NCBI GenBank assembly: GCA_973895155.1
Contig: OZ316896.1
Span: 18,712,754-18,776,753, forward strand
Length of the DNA: 64,000 bases
Direction of reading: 5' to 3'
From: Marsupella aquatica
Lineage: Eukaryota; Plantae; Marchantiophyta
In this document: positions 26,396 through 38,053 of the stretch, piece by piece
Layout of the letters: each line of letters opens with the position of its first letter
How positions within the stretch are numbered: the stretch's first letter is position 1
Program-made: the position numbers and the translations under genes
The notes under the pieces: generated by a model
Database searches by the model: none
What the model was told of the DNA's origin: nothing
Seen by the model: the letters and a program-made list of their open reading frames with translations, nothing else

Positions 26396-28189
26396 GGGAG
26401 TATTAGCGAGGAGGAGGAGGGGGTCGCCAACGGGGTATTGACAGGGGTGCAAGGGTCGGGAGGGTGTGTATACACACCACCAAAAAGGCCCTATTCTAAG
26501 GCAAAATGTGCACAAAAATAAATAAATTTGTTGGGTTACTCACACTGCCGTTATCACTTTACACCAGATAAAGACTAGTTGTCGACGGGAAATGTTACCG
26601 AATTGCACCGGCACCGTTTGCAACTCTAGCAAAGTAAAAAATTCCCGTCACGACTCCTTCACTCCGCGTCAAGTGTCAATCTTGGACTCAAAATGACCAC
26701 TGCACCGAGCCGTTGCACTTCCCGTTTCTTCCTTTGAGTCGAACGCAACGACAAGAAACCCCGCTTCAGTCAAAAGAAGACTCCATAGCCAGTCAGAAAC
26801 TCAGAACGGCTCTTTTGCTTGGTACATCGCACTCACTACACCCTCGATAGCAAACCAGCTACCGAAATGATCAGCTTTGCCCGATCTACAATTTGAGCTA
26901 AAGGTTGTGACGCCTTGCGCACCACAAAGCTCACACCGTCGGGAAAACGATCTCAGTTCCCCCCCAAAAGAACCGTCGAAGAAAGCCGTCGAACACGAAT
27001 CACAAAAAATCCAAAACGACAGAAATGTGAATTCCTTCGCACCACGAACTCCGTTCAGAGACTTCTTTGCACCGTCGGAAAGCCCTTGCCCCGATCTATC
27101 CGTTGAGCCCAACACCTCCAAGTTCCATGCGACAGAACTCCGTGAAATCCACCAACTCTAACCGCTGGAAAACCGTCACCAACACGTCACCTCAACGTCA
27201 CCTCCCAGGCTTGCTCTGATACCAATTGTTGAACTAAGACGTCATTCGCAACGACCATACAACCATGACTCATTCCATGCACACGTAGTCGACACAATCT
27301 CTACGTGGTTCACCTCTTCTCCAAGGCTACGTCCACACGAACACTCAAGCTTTACTTCAAGAGTAGACGAACACACATCCTCTCCCTCTTCCTCAAGTTG
27401 CTCTATTACAATCAGTAAGCACCACACACCAGCGGCTTACACTAGCCCTGGTATATACAAGGTCACACACGACTAACCTAACCTCAGCTAAGATCCTAAC
27501 TATGGTTAGCCTAAGTGCCATAACCTATGAGTCACAAGACTAAGAGCAATTCTTAACACCCGGTTCCGGTCCCAAGCCCGGTCCAGTCCACCATAGCATG
27601 CAGCTCTGTAGACAGTGTTAACTGATCATCAAAACAGGAGAGCCAGGGCAAAAAGAACTATAGTCACTCCCTAATGCGGCTGTGCTGTGCTGCGATTGAA
27701 GGGGCCTCAAATTGCAAGGCACTCACTCTATGAAAATGTTTCCCCACAAAAAAATCCTCATATCTGTCCATTTCTCTTATTTTTGCCCTCGCTCTCCTTG
27801 TCTGCGACATTAGCATGAAGCGGGTGCAACAGCTCCGCCCATGCTGCAATCAAAAGCCATTGAAGTGGCACAACTTGCATTTTTATCACGAAATCATTGT
27901 TTGAAGGCAGCAAGTCGCCAGCAAGTACTTCCAAGCTCTCTCAAAAAGTAAGTTATTCTTGCTGCAGAAGTGCTACTGAAATGCTTGTTACTGTTGGTGG
28001 TACCATGTATATTGAAATGTTGTTATTAAGTTGAACATGTGTTTCAATTGCTTCACTTTGTGCTGCCACTTATATTGAAATGTTAAGTTATTAGGACTGA
28101 CTCTTTCATGTGAATCACAGTAGTAAACTACAATTGTATTATCTTCCCTGCTGAAATTTCTTTGAATTGCTTTTGTGTACTAGGCCAGT

Positions 28190-29350
28190 GATGAAGGCCA
28201 TAGTGCTATTGAATGGTCAAGACATGATAGACATTTGAATCCACTGAGGAGCTGAAAAGCCTCATTATTGACCATGGTATGCATACTGAACAAAACAAAT
28301 AGTAAGAACATAGAAGAAAGATAGTAGCAAATACCTAGCCCAGTTGAAAATGAATGATGATTGTGGAGATGCTGACTAAACATGTAATTGGCAGACCCCA
28401 TAAGGAAAAAGAAAAGTGGAAGAATAACAATCATGAAAGCACACACTGACCACACTTGTGAGGCAACAAACTATCAAAAACGGCAAATGCGTACTAATTT
28501 TGAACAATTGGCACAACAAATCATGGACATTGTCATGAGAAATAGGCAGATCAGGGCTGCTTCATTGCAGGATATACAGCTCAAACATTTCTTCATCCAG
28601 ACATTAACTACCATATTGCTTGGGTTGCAATAAAGATACTAGAGAAGTTGGATGGACAGGAAAAAGACTCTTTCTACTTAATTCCAGCTCAATGTTAATA
28701 GATTTTGGATTGGGATCCTACAGCCATTGTCATGTCATTCTCAGCACCAGATTGGGCAAATTCATAGTTTGATTAATTGTTTGCCTTGGGGCTGCAAGGG
28801 AGACATTCAAGCATTGTAGACCCTTGGTGGCTTTTGATGGAACTCACACCAGATCTGCATTGTACACACGGATTTTGTTGATAACATGTGCTGTTGATGT
28901 CAATACAACATTGGTTATTGTATGGTTCCAACTAAGAACCCTACTGAATTGATGGCTGAGATTTTTGTGTATGAAAGGCATTATTCCTGAGTTGAAAGGA
29001 CCTAACACTATTTTCATTCCTGATCTAGAGAATGGTTGTTGGATGGTGTTCAAAAGGTTTCCCCAAGAAGCTTCCATGCCTTTTGCTCATGGCGTCTTGC
29101 AGATAATTGCAGATATGCACATTTGTGATTTGACAACATGCAGAAGTGTGGTTTCAGTGCCTGTTTTGTTTAAATTTCTCTTCTTACATTTACAGCAAGT
29201 GCAGGACCCATTTCAACAGGCAAGCAAGCAATGAGTTTGAGCCATTGGTATACGCAACCACTGTAGAAAAATTCAAAAGAAGATTGGATCATTCACTTGT
29301 ACATTTTGAAAGTGTATTTTTGGTAAAGATAAACAACTGAAAAAAAATTG
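28190..29350 (+). pseudogene. Mutator-like (MULE/MuDR) transposase relic
   Basis: Fragments HTDHTC, HCRPLVAFDGTH, CAVDVN and IFIPDLENG (degenerate ISDR.KG) correspond to MULE DDE-domain motifs; broken by stops and frameshifts. Confidence 0.75.
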
Positions 29351-30364
29351 TAGAGTGTTTCAAAAGTACATCCACATGACCAGTATGCTTCATGTTTTCC
29401 AAAATAACAATTTTGCTCTCAAAATCATATGAGAAGACTACGTACCCTCCAGCTTGGATTTCTCTCCCTATGCTTCAATGTGGAAGCTTAACCATCCCTT
29501 GCTTCATACATAGAAGAAAACATTTGTGAAGTAAAACTGCACTAATGCTTTTAAAGTGACTTTACCCTAAGTCACCCAAAGTTCTCATGTTCTACTTTGT
29601 GAGCTCCCATACACTTCGTGTTCAACTTTGTGAGCTGCCACAGACATCTCACGGCCATGGATTTCAGAGTCAGGTTCTCCACTCAATTTATTCAAGTTTA
29701 ATTCCTGGACAAGACTGGCAAATTGATGAGTATTCTGGTTGACAAATTAAATCCCCAACTTAGGGCTTTTGAATTTGGTTTAAAATGACCCATTTCAATT
29801 TTGTTCTGGTTGACAGTTAGAAGTTTCAACTTTATGTCAATTGTGGGTTGCAATGTAGTTTCACTTAAGCTAGTGAGGAATTTTATTGTGATTTAGTTTT
29901 CATTGAACTAGTGAGGAATTTTATTTTGTTTCATCTCGGCATGTTGTCTACTTAGGAGTTTCTGGAGTGCTTGGCAGTCGAGTACTTAGTAAACCCAACC
30001 TGAGTGAAGAGCTTTAAGCTAAGTATAAAGTGCCAGAGGGCAAAAATGTCAAACTGGGAGATAGGGTCCCAAAGGCAAAGCAACTCAATAAAGGGAAAGA
30101 AAAAGAAGAAGGAAGGGCCCCAAGAAGACCCAAGAGGTAGAACAAGGCAAAGAGTCCCCCCATCACAATCAAGGAATAACAACGAAAACCAAGAGCCCCC
30201 AAAGGAGCAAAGAAGATTAAATCCCTACTCTGCGGAGAACTGAAAAGCCTGGTAGAGATTCTAAACAAACAGCATAGGAAGGTCACAAAATGGAATCTAT
30301 CTAGAGACACTAAAACCAAGTACCTCGGCTTAGTATTTACAGTTAAATACTCTTTTGGGCATAA

Positions 30365-30476
30365 CCCTATTTCTATGACTTTCATCCTGCACAGTTAAGT
30401 GCCCTATTTATATGACTTTCATCCTGCACAGTTAAGTGCCCTATTTCTATGACTTTCATCCTGTACAGTTAAGTGC
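30365..30476. repeat. 3 x 37-bp tandem repeat upstream of PsaG
   Basis: CCCTATTTCTATGACTTTCATCCTGCACAGTTAAGTG repeated at 30365, 30402 and 30439. Confidence 0.95.
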
Positions 30477-30840
30477 AAGTATTGTATTTATACAAAACCA
30501 GGCCTGCAAACGAGTGGATAATTTTCCAGGCGGGGCGTGCATTGGCGGAGAGAAAGGGACCCATCCAGGTAAGTGGAGGGGTTCTTGCCCTGCTGGCGTG
30601 CACAAGATAGGATAGCTCGTTTATCTCCTCGAATCCCAATCGCTGCGCTCTGTGCGATTCGTTGGGCTTCTCCATTGGCCCATACTCACTCTTCCTCTCG
30701 CTCTGCTCTTCTCGTTCCTACTCTCCTCTTTCCACTCCACAACATTTCGAGAGAGAAATTGCCGATTGCTTCTCCGCCTGTCTGTTCAGCTCGATCGACC
30801 TCGTACACGCTATCCAATTCCGACCGATTCGCCTGTTTCG

Positions 30841-32041
30841 GTACGTTTTTCAGCCTGAATTGAACCGATTTGGAGTTTTTGAGGAGGCGTAGATTGTGAG
30901 TTCGTTGTGGCTGTGGCTACATTTTTTTTTTGTCTGTTGATTGTTTCGGTGATGGCGTGTTTTGCGTCCCTGCTTGCTTCGGATCTGTCGTCGTGGATTG
31001 CGTTTTCAATTAGAGCGGGTATTGAAGTGATGTGAGTTTTGAGCTTAGTCCGAAGAAGTTTTTTACTGATGCAAGTAGGTTTCTTCACTTGGCCCATGTC
31101 TGCGAGTCCTCCAGACTCTGCTTCTTGCCTTTTTCTCTGTACATTGGGAAGGCTTTGACAAAGTCTGGCCAGGTAGACCTTTCATTTCCAGGAAGAGCAG
31201 GCTATGGCGCCAATGTAATGCGGGCATAGTCATTCAAAGTCGTCACTTCATGCTCACCTGGTCCAATCGGTCTATTCGTCCTTTTTTCATGAAGGGTAGA
31301 GGTGTTCCTCGTCTTGAGGATCAGGCTTGATTCGCATTCAATGTGAAGACTCTCACCAAGGAACGAGGATTCACACTTGTCACTTCACCTTTGTTTCTAC
31401 TTAACAATCCTTCTCTGTTGTTCCTGGCCGTTGGCCGTGTTGTAGTCTCTGTGCCGTGTCCGTTCTAGGGGATGAGCTGGATTTCAGACGCAATTCTTTC
31501 ATGCCCCGTCTGTTTCCGGCTAATTAATCACAGTGGTGTTATTTTGCTCCATCCTTTTGTTGCTGATTTGGTTACACGATGGTGTGAACAATTGGATTTG
31601 CGGGAGTCTTGTTCAGCTCTTCTCTCTCCTCGGCCATCTTCTTCCATTTGAAAGTTTTCTGTGCCCTCTCCATTCCCTTGATAGCCATATTTTATTTCCC
31701 TCCTTGGTCAATCGCACAGTCACAAATGAACTCGATTTCGACCTGGTTCGCTCCCTTCAGCGACACTATCATTGTTTTCTCGTCCAATAAGTCATTCTCC
31801 GAGAGTGTCGCTTCGTTTGCAGATGTCGAATGCCCTGAAAATTTTCGCTGACTGTAATTGTTATTGTCATTGGATTTGGTATCCGTGGCCATATTTAGCT
31901 TAAGTCAACATAGCTTCACTCCTTGTCAATTTCAGCTCTACTTCAAAACGTGCGATATGCTCGTCTATTCATTGTGATTATAAAATTATGAGTGCTCGTG
32001 TTCCCTTAGTTAAGTTCGGCAATGGATCCCGGATTTTGCAG
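30841..32041 (+). other. Probable 5'-UTR intron of PsaG
   Basis: Donor G|GTACGT at 30841 after a CT-rich leader; acceptor TTTTGCAG ends at 32041, 2 nt before the ATG at 32044. Confidence 0.6.
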
Positions 32042-32043
32042 AA

Positions 32044-32532
32044 ATGGCCGCCTGTAGCGCCACCACCGTCGTCGCTGGAGTGCCAACGCTCTCCTTCGCA
32101 AGGAATAGCGCCGTCAGGGCATCCGGCTCCCAGGTCTCCTTCTCTGGAAGGAACATGTGCAGCAGTTCTCTGAAGCTCAACAGTCGCTCATGGGAATCAC
32201 AGACCAAGCTTGCGCGCAGCAGCGCCAAAACTGTCTGCGCTGATACTAGCTTGGTCATCACCTTGAGCACCGGAGCTCTCCTCTTTCTCGGCCGATTCGT
32301 GCTGTTGCCCTTCCAGCGCGCAATGGTTGCCAAGGCTGGCCTCCCAGAGCAGAATGGAGTGACCCACTACGAGGCCGGTGATTCTCGCGCCCAAGAGGTC
32401 TCTAGCTTGCTGAAGACTAATGATCCAGCTGGTTTCACCATTGTTGACTTGTTGGCATGGGGCGCATTGGGACACGCTGTCGGATTCTTCGTCCTGGCCA
32501 CCGCCAGCAATGGATACGACCCCACATTTTAA
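32044..32532 (+). CDS. PSAG: Photosystem I subunit G (PSI-V), with plastid transit peptide
   Basis: Ser/Ala-rich transit peptide followed by [16 protein letters not shown]...[15 protein letters not shown]...[19 protein letters not shown]...TASNGYDP, the PsaG signature. Confidence 0.97.
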   Translation: MAACSATTVVAGVPTLSFARNSAVRASGSQVSFSGRNMCSSSLKLNSRSWESQTKLARSSAKTVCADTSLVITLSTGALLFLGRFVLLPFQRAMVAKAGLPEQNGVTHYEAGDSRAQEVSSLLKTNDPAGFTIVDLLAWGALGHAVGFFVLATASNGYDPTF

Positions 32533-33803
32533 GAAACTTGCGTTTCATGGGATGATATGACCCAATCCTCTTCTGCGAGCGGGTATTTGTAGACACAACT
32601 CTGAACCGAGAGTGTAATTGCTCTTGAGGTTTGTTAAATAGGTACAGTAGCTGTTGGAATGCAGCCTAATGTGCAATAGCGGGACAAAAGCTTTTAACCA
32701 GGTGTGTGAATTAGTTCCATTCGTATCTGCCTACCTGGCTCTGTAATCTGTACGATCATTTGATTTGAGTAGCATCAAGGGTTCTCTTTTGTGGTTCTGT
32801 CCTGGAAAGGCATATGAGTGTGTTCTGGTCAGTGGGCATTGGTCATTTTATGTGTGCATTCCTCTGTTTTCAATTCGAGTGTGGTCCCAATGAGTTGCTT
32901 CCTGTGTTCAAACTCTTGCGGTCATCAGAGCACTCTGGACTTTCCAAATTGTTAGCCTGAACTCGTTACGGCCACATAGTAAGTTCAATCGTGCTGGGAT
33001 TGCCCATGGGAACTCCAAGTTTTTCCTAGTGTTTTTCCAATTCTTCCTCTATTCTATCATTGGTTGGTCTTAGTAGCTTTTTCGCATTTGCTGCTCCATC
33101 TCCGAAGACTCTTTATGAACGTTCTTGTGCGTCATTCGGTAATCTTCGTGCCGATGGTCCTATTGTAGAAGAGTAGGATGCAATCATTCAATTCGAGAAC
33201 CTCGAGTAGAAATCCGGATTGTTTTTGAGTTGTTGTACTCCCGTAGCTACAGAACGGTGGAGTGCCGATGACGTTCAGGTAAAGACATACTGATGGACAA
33301 TGCTTCATATTTCTGGAATACTTCTGCACTGTAGTCGGACATATTTGTTCTCTGACATCAGGAAAGAGTGATGATGAGGTTGCCATGTTGGTATCGTAGC
33401 GAGCATATGTATCTCGCAAGTTTGTTCTTGGAAGAGCACGGATGGATGGCTCTAGACGCAACATTTCTCATTTACATATCATTCATGGGCACCACTTGTC
33501 TCGTCGACGTGTGATGGCCGAGTGAGGGCAAGCCCTTGAATTGGACCTATGAACCTATGAACCTTGAAGGTGAATTAACGTTGGACTACTACTCATGAGA
33601 TTCTCATGCAGTTGGGTTGCTGGGATTATAAGAACTTCTGTTTCCAAAAGTGTGCTCACATCAGGAAACTGGGTTCTTGCAGCTGTCAAAGTTTTATATC
33701 CAATATGAAATTCTGATATTTGAATGAAAATTTGCCAAAAAACAGTACCTACAGTTTCTTCAGCTGTATGAACTCTTGGACGTTAACAATATCGTCGAAG
33801 CTG

Positions 33804-33826
33804 AGAGAGAGAGAGAGAGAGAGAGA
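33804..33826. repeat. (GA)n microsatellite
   Basis: Uninterrupted GA dinucleotide run. Confidence 0.9.
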
Positions 33827-33841
33827 ATGGTGGTTGGAGAT

Positions 33842-34205
33842 TGTCTTCAATGGCAAATTGAAGCTTTAAATTATCCTGAAGGCCCAGAGTATAGAAGTCC
33901 GGTACTGATGATCAGGTCCAGGTAAGTAAAACTACATGAAAGGAATCGCAATTCACAACAAGAAGATCGCGTCGTTTGTTGTTTGAAAGGAGGCGGATTA
34001 ATGCTTTATAAATGTGTTTGGAGAGTGTCTTCAATGGCAAATTGAAGCTTTAAATTATCCTGAAGGCCCATAGTATAGAAGTTCGGTACTGATGATCAGG
34101 TCCAGGTAAGTAAAACTACATGAAAGGAATCGCAATTCACAACGAGAAGCTCGCGGCGTTTGTTGTTTGAAAGGAGGCGGATTAATGCTTTATAAACGTG
34201 TTTGT
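33842..34205. repeat. Tandem duplication, 2 x ~184 bp
   Basis: TGTCTTCAATGGCAAATTGAAGC...GGAGGCGGATTAATGCTTTATAAA present twice with few substitutions. Confidence 0.95.
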
Positions 34206-34398
34206 GCGTGTGTGAGAAGTCTGTGCTAAGGTCCCCACTGGGTTCAATCCTCTTGGAAACAAAGAATTGTTCCCATGTAGGTAAACAATGCAACCAAAAC
34301 GTTCTTGACAGCAGCCGAGTAGGAACCAAAAATGAGAGAATGGCAGCTCAAGATAATTGACGGAAATGAAAGGCCAATAATGTTAATAATATAATTAG

Positions 34399-34756
34399 CC
34401 TGGTTTGACCTGACGGACAACTTGACTCCCTGCCCGGCACAAAATGGTCAAATGATGGGCCAAAAATGGTCCATTTGACACATATTCTGAATTATTCCCC
34501 GGGCATCCCCTAACTTTCCCAAACTTTGTCCCGACCCAGTCCCGGGGTCCCCTGGACTCCCCTGGTCTAGCGAAGTGTTCCCCTGGGCCGGGGTCACGGC
34601 GGGGTCAGGTATGAGGCCAGCATGCAGGGTGGGTGGGACTGAGCAAGACCGGGGTAGGGCCGGGCCGGGTGGGAGAAAGGTTGGGGAGGGCTGAGTGTCG
34701 GGATGATGGTTTGACGGGGTTGAGACCCCCAATATGCCTGTCAAGGCCAAACTGGG
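34399..34756. mobile_element. GC-rich MITE with 8-bp TSD (hAT-like)
   Basis: Exact TSD ATAATTAG at 34391-34398 and 34757-34764; left end CCTGGTTTGACCTGAC resembles the reverse-complemented right end CCCAGTTTGGCCTTGAC. Confidence 0.85.
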
Positions 34757-35614
34757 ATAATTAGTGTGAAGGAGTCTTCTTAATTCGGAAGGGATCCATC
34801 AAACCTTTGAACTCAACTGGGATTCTAAAATGCTCATATTCAAGCTGTTTTCTGTACATCCGCGCCATCCAAGTTCAAACACATGTTTCTATAGCCTCGG
34901 ACTACTATTCAAGCAAAATGTTTAGGATATGGACCATGCAAGAATTGTCTGCCTTTGGGATCATGTCCTTTTTGGCGAGTGGCCAATGTTCAGGGTGTGA
35001 AGGAGAAGATGCTCAAAATATTCCTTATCTGATTGCTTTTTTGACCATCAGATCTCCCTACATATAAGGATGACCGTTAGATTCCAGCTAATGGGGGCCT
35101 GTGATTAGATGGGACACTGGCTAATGAGACAGAAAAACACTAGCCACCAAAAGTGGCAAAAGCTTTTTTGGGAGCCAAAATTTGGCAAATTTTGGGCACT
35201 AAAGAAAAAGCTGATCATGTCTCCTGGATAGGAGCTTCTTGTCATGTTGCAGCTTAAGTTTTAGTTAATTGTAATAGTACTACTGCGGCTCACATTAGTA
35301 TTGAAACTAGCATAAAAATTCAGAGCTAGGGAGGGCTACGGGGTAACAACGAGTCCTTCCCCTAATTAGTCTGTCAAAAGGTGGAACAGCTAGAGTAGGT
35401 CAACTGGAAGAACCAGTCATGCAAGAGGAGAAATAATTGGAAAAAATGTACATGTCATACCAAGGCATGTGACGGGTCACACTTCTCATCTCTTTCACAC
35501 AAGTATTGTTCACATGCCTGGGTAAGACAAGCACATTTGTGAACACAGAAACACCCCATTCCTCACACATGCTATGCACGCATGGGCTTGAACACTGAAC
35601 CTGTTGACGCCAAC

Positions 35615-35982
35615 CCCAAGCCTTAAACCACACCTGCCACTATAAAAGCCTCATTCCATGTCTCACTACTCACCATAAAAGGCGGAACACTAGCACCTTT
35701 TGTGGAGTACTTGCCAAAAAAAGACTTTGCAGTCAACACCTTTTGTGGAGCTCAAAGCCCATTTCTGAACTTGTACTCTTTAGAATGAGAGCTACAGGTT
35801 ACCCAAGCCTTAAACCACACCTGCCACTATAAAAGTCTCATTCCATGTCTCACTACTCACCATAAAAGGCGGAACACTAGCACCTTTTGTGGAGTACTTG
35901 CCAAAAAAAGGCTTTGTAGTCAGCACCTTTTGTGGAGCTCAAAGCCCATTTCTGAACTTGTACTCTTTAGAATGAGAGCTAC
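35615..35982. repeat. Tandem duplication, 2 x ~187 bp
   Basis: CCCAAGCCTTAAACCACACCTGCCACTATAAAAG...TAGAATGAGAGCTAC present twice. Confidence 0.95.
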
Positions 35983-38053
35983 GGTTAACCGTAGCCCTTT
36001 ATAGGGGGCAAGTGTGGTTTAACCAGCTGCTTATACGAATGTCGAGGAGAGATAGCTTAGGGTACTTATAGAGAAACAAAACCTTATTTTGTTAGTAAAT
36101 GAACAAGTCAACACTTCCAAGTAATACCATATGCACCTTACACCTTCACTTAAGTTCAATACTTTCATCAAGGACATGAAACAAACTGTTTGTAGTTTTG
36201 TCAGCAGACACTAAAACCATGGAAATTGATAAGGTAAGTAAAATTGGGAAAAGTGATAAAAGAATAAAACTGAAATAAAGGAGCTATAATCAACCAAATC
36301 AATCAAATAAGATCTGTCACTGTTAACAACCCAGGCTCCCCTTTTCACCCTGCCTTTCCAGAACTAACATTAGTGGACTTAGGCTAACAACATTTCATTA
36401 ATCTTATCAAGCTAAACCCTGAACTCTAAAACACCTTTGTCTTATATAATTGCTTGCTAGTTTTGGCGTAGAAAAGTGCTAGGGTAACTCTATTGAAGTC
36501 CTTAGATTGAATATTGTGGTCCATCTGAGTATCAAGTTCTTGATTGCAGATTAAATTAATATTCTGTCTATCAATATTTAGCATCTTGAAAGCAATTTGA
36601 AACTTGTATATTTTGGTGTATAATTTTTTTTCTGTAATGGGTTATTGGATGGGCTCAAACAAGAGTATATTTTCTTAATGGGTAAGAGCTCACCAGTTGC
36701 AGACATCTCTCAAGCTCTGACATTTACAACATTGCTGCTTTGTTTTGTCAAAATAAACACTCTGCAACTCTTTTTAGTTTAATTACTTTTGCACTAACTT
36801 TCTTGACTGCTGGTCAAGCAAAGTGACTCTACTTAGCATGAAATAAGCCATCAGTCAACATCCCGGCTAGGTTTCACCATTGGATCATCGTCATCTGTGT
36901 CCTCTATGACCCTAACCTCAACACCCTTTCCAACCTGCTCTGCCCCATCCTGGTTGGCTGCCCCACTCCCCTCTTGGCTAAGTTGAGGCCATGACACCAT
37001 TCAATGATAAAAACTGACAGGATGTTGAGCATTGGCTCATTCTTACCTAACCAGAGTTAATTGCTTAACCCACCATAATTAAAGGTGCCAACGGACTAAT
37101 TAAACTAGATTTAGTGACAACGTATGTATTCCAAAATCTCAGTTCTCTAGCATCTCTTTTGGGCGCTTCGCTCTTTCTGAGCTTTCTGTACCGATGTACA
37201 CCTTCAGACTACCCACACTGGAATTCTGCCTACGCTGTCGACAACTTCCCTCTGTTATGGTGTGCTGTATGGCGATTCCAAGCGAGGCACCAGCTCACAA
37301 TGAAGACCTAATGCAGCTGCTACGTTTTCGTTCTGGAACACCATTTCTGATTTCACCAATTCCCACATTTTCATTTCCAATTTCAGCTCACGATTTCAGT
37401 CACAGGTTTCGTTATGAATCTGATTGATTATGTCTCTCGAATCGGTCGTCGATGGAGATGGTGACGGATTTGTGAATCCTCCTCTGGACGTGGTTGCTAT
37501 GGTTGCCGATTACGGACTGTTGTGACTGACAATTCCTGGTCACGGAGAGTTTATGGGTACAGCGATTGGGCTGTACTATTGGATTTATACGCATCGAATG
37601 ACTACCTTGTTCTTCACGCTATCTATTTTGTTCCTCGCCCTGAGTATGCTATGAACTCCTCTCAGTCTGCTGAGACCCATACTTGAGCAAAGAAATGTGT
37701 CGAGCGGAGGTTTCAAGTCAAAGGGGATGATCTTGTTTTTGCGGCACCGCTCAGATGATTATTCATATGTTTTTGGAGTGCTTGTGCTGATGCAGCAGTG
37801 CTCAATTTTTTAGGGGGGTGTTTGGGGTGTGACTCCTTTGCGGAATTGTGAGGCCTCCATTGCTGAACATGACTTTCTTTGCGACTGAAGTCCATGAAAT
37901 TCAGGTAGCTTTGTCGCACTGGGAAAGACCCTGTAGGCCGGGAAATCTGTAAGGTAACCCATGTCACGGTCAAGCACCGCCGTGTGAGGTGAGAGGATCG
38001 GAAAAGGAGCTAAAGAGGACCCGAAGAAGGGCTTAGAAAGAACTTTTAGTCTG

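Larger units (their letters stand above)
20894..27558 (-). mobile_element. Full-length Ty1/copia LTR retrotransposon (copia-2), 6665 bp
   Basis: LTRs at 20894-21225 and 27227-27558 (332 bp, TG...CA, 3 substitutions by eye); TSD CCCGG at 20889-20893 and 27559-27563; tRNA-iMet PBS TGGTATCAGAGC at 27224-27213; PPT AAGGGGGAGTT at 21236-21226. Confidence 0.98.

Noticed and set aside
33505-33560. tRNA-like start GTGATGGCCGAGTG, plus a B-box-like GGTTCAATCC at ~34241
   Set aside because: Neither site has a cloverleaf or correctly spaced A and B boxes.
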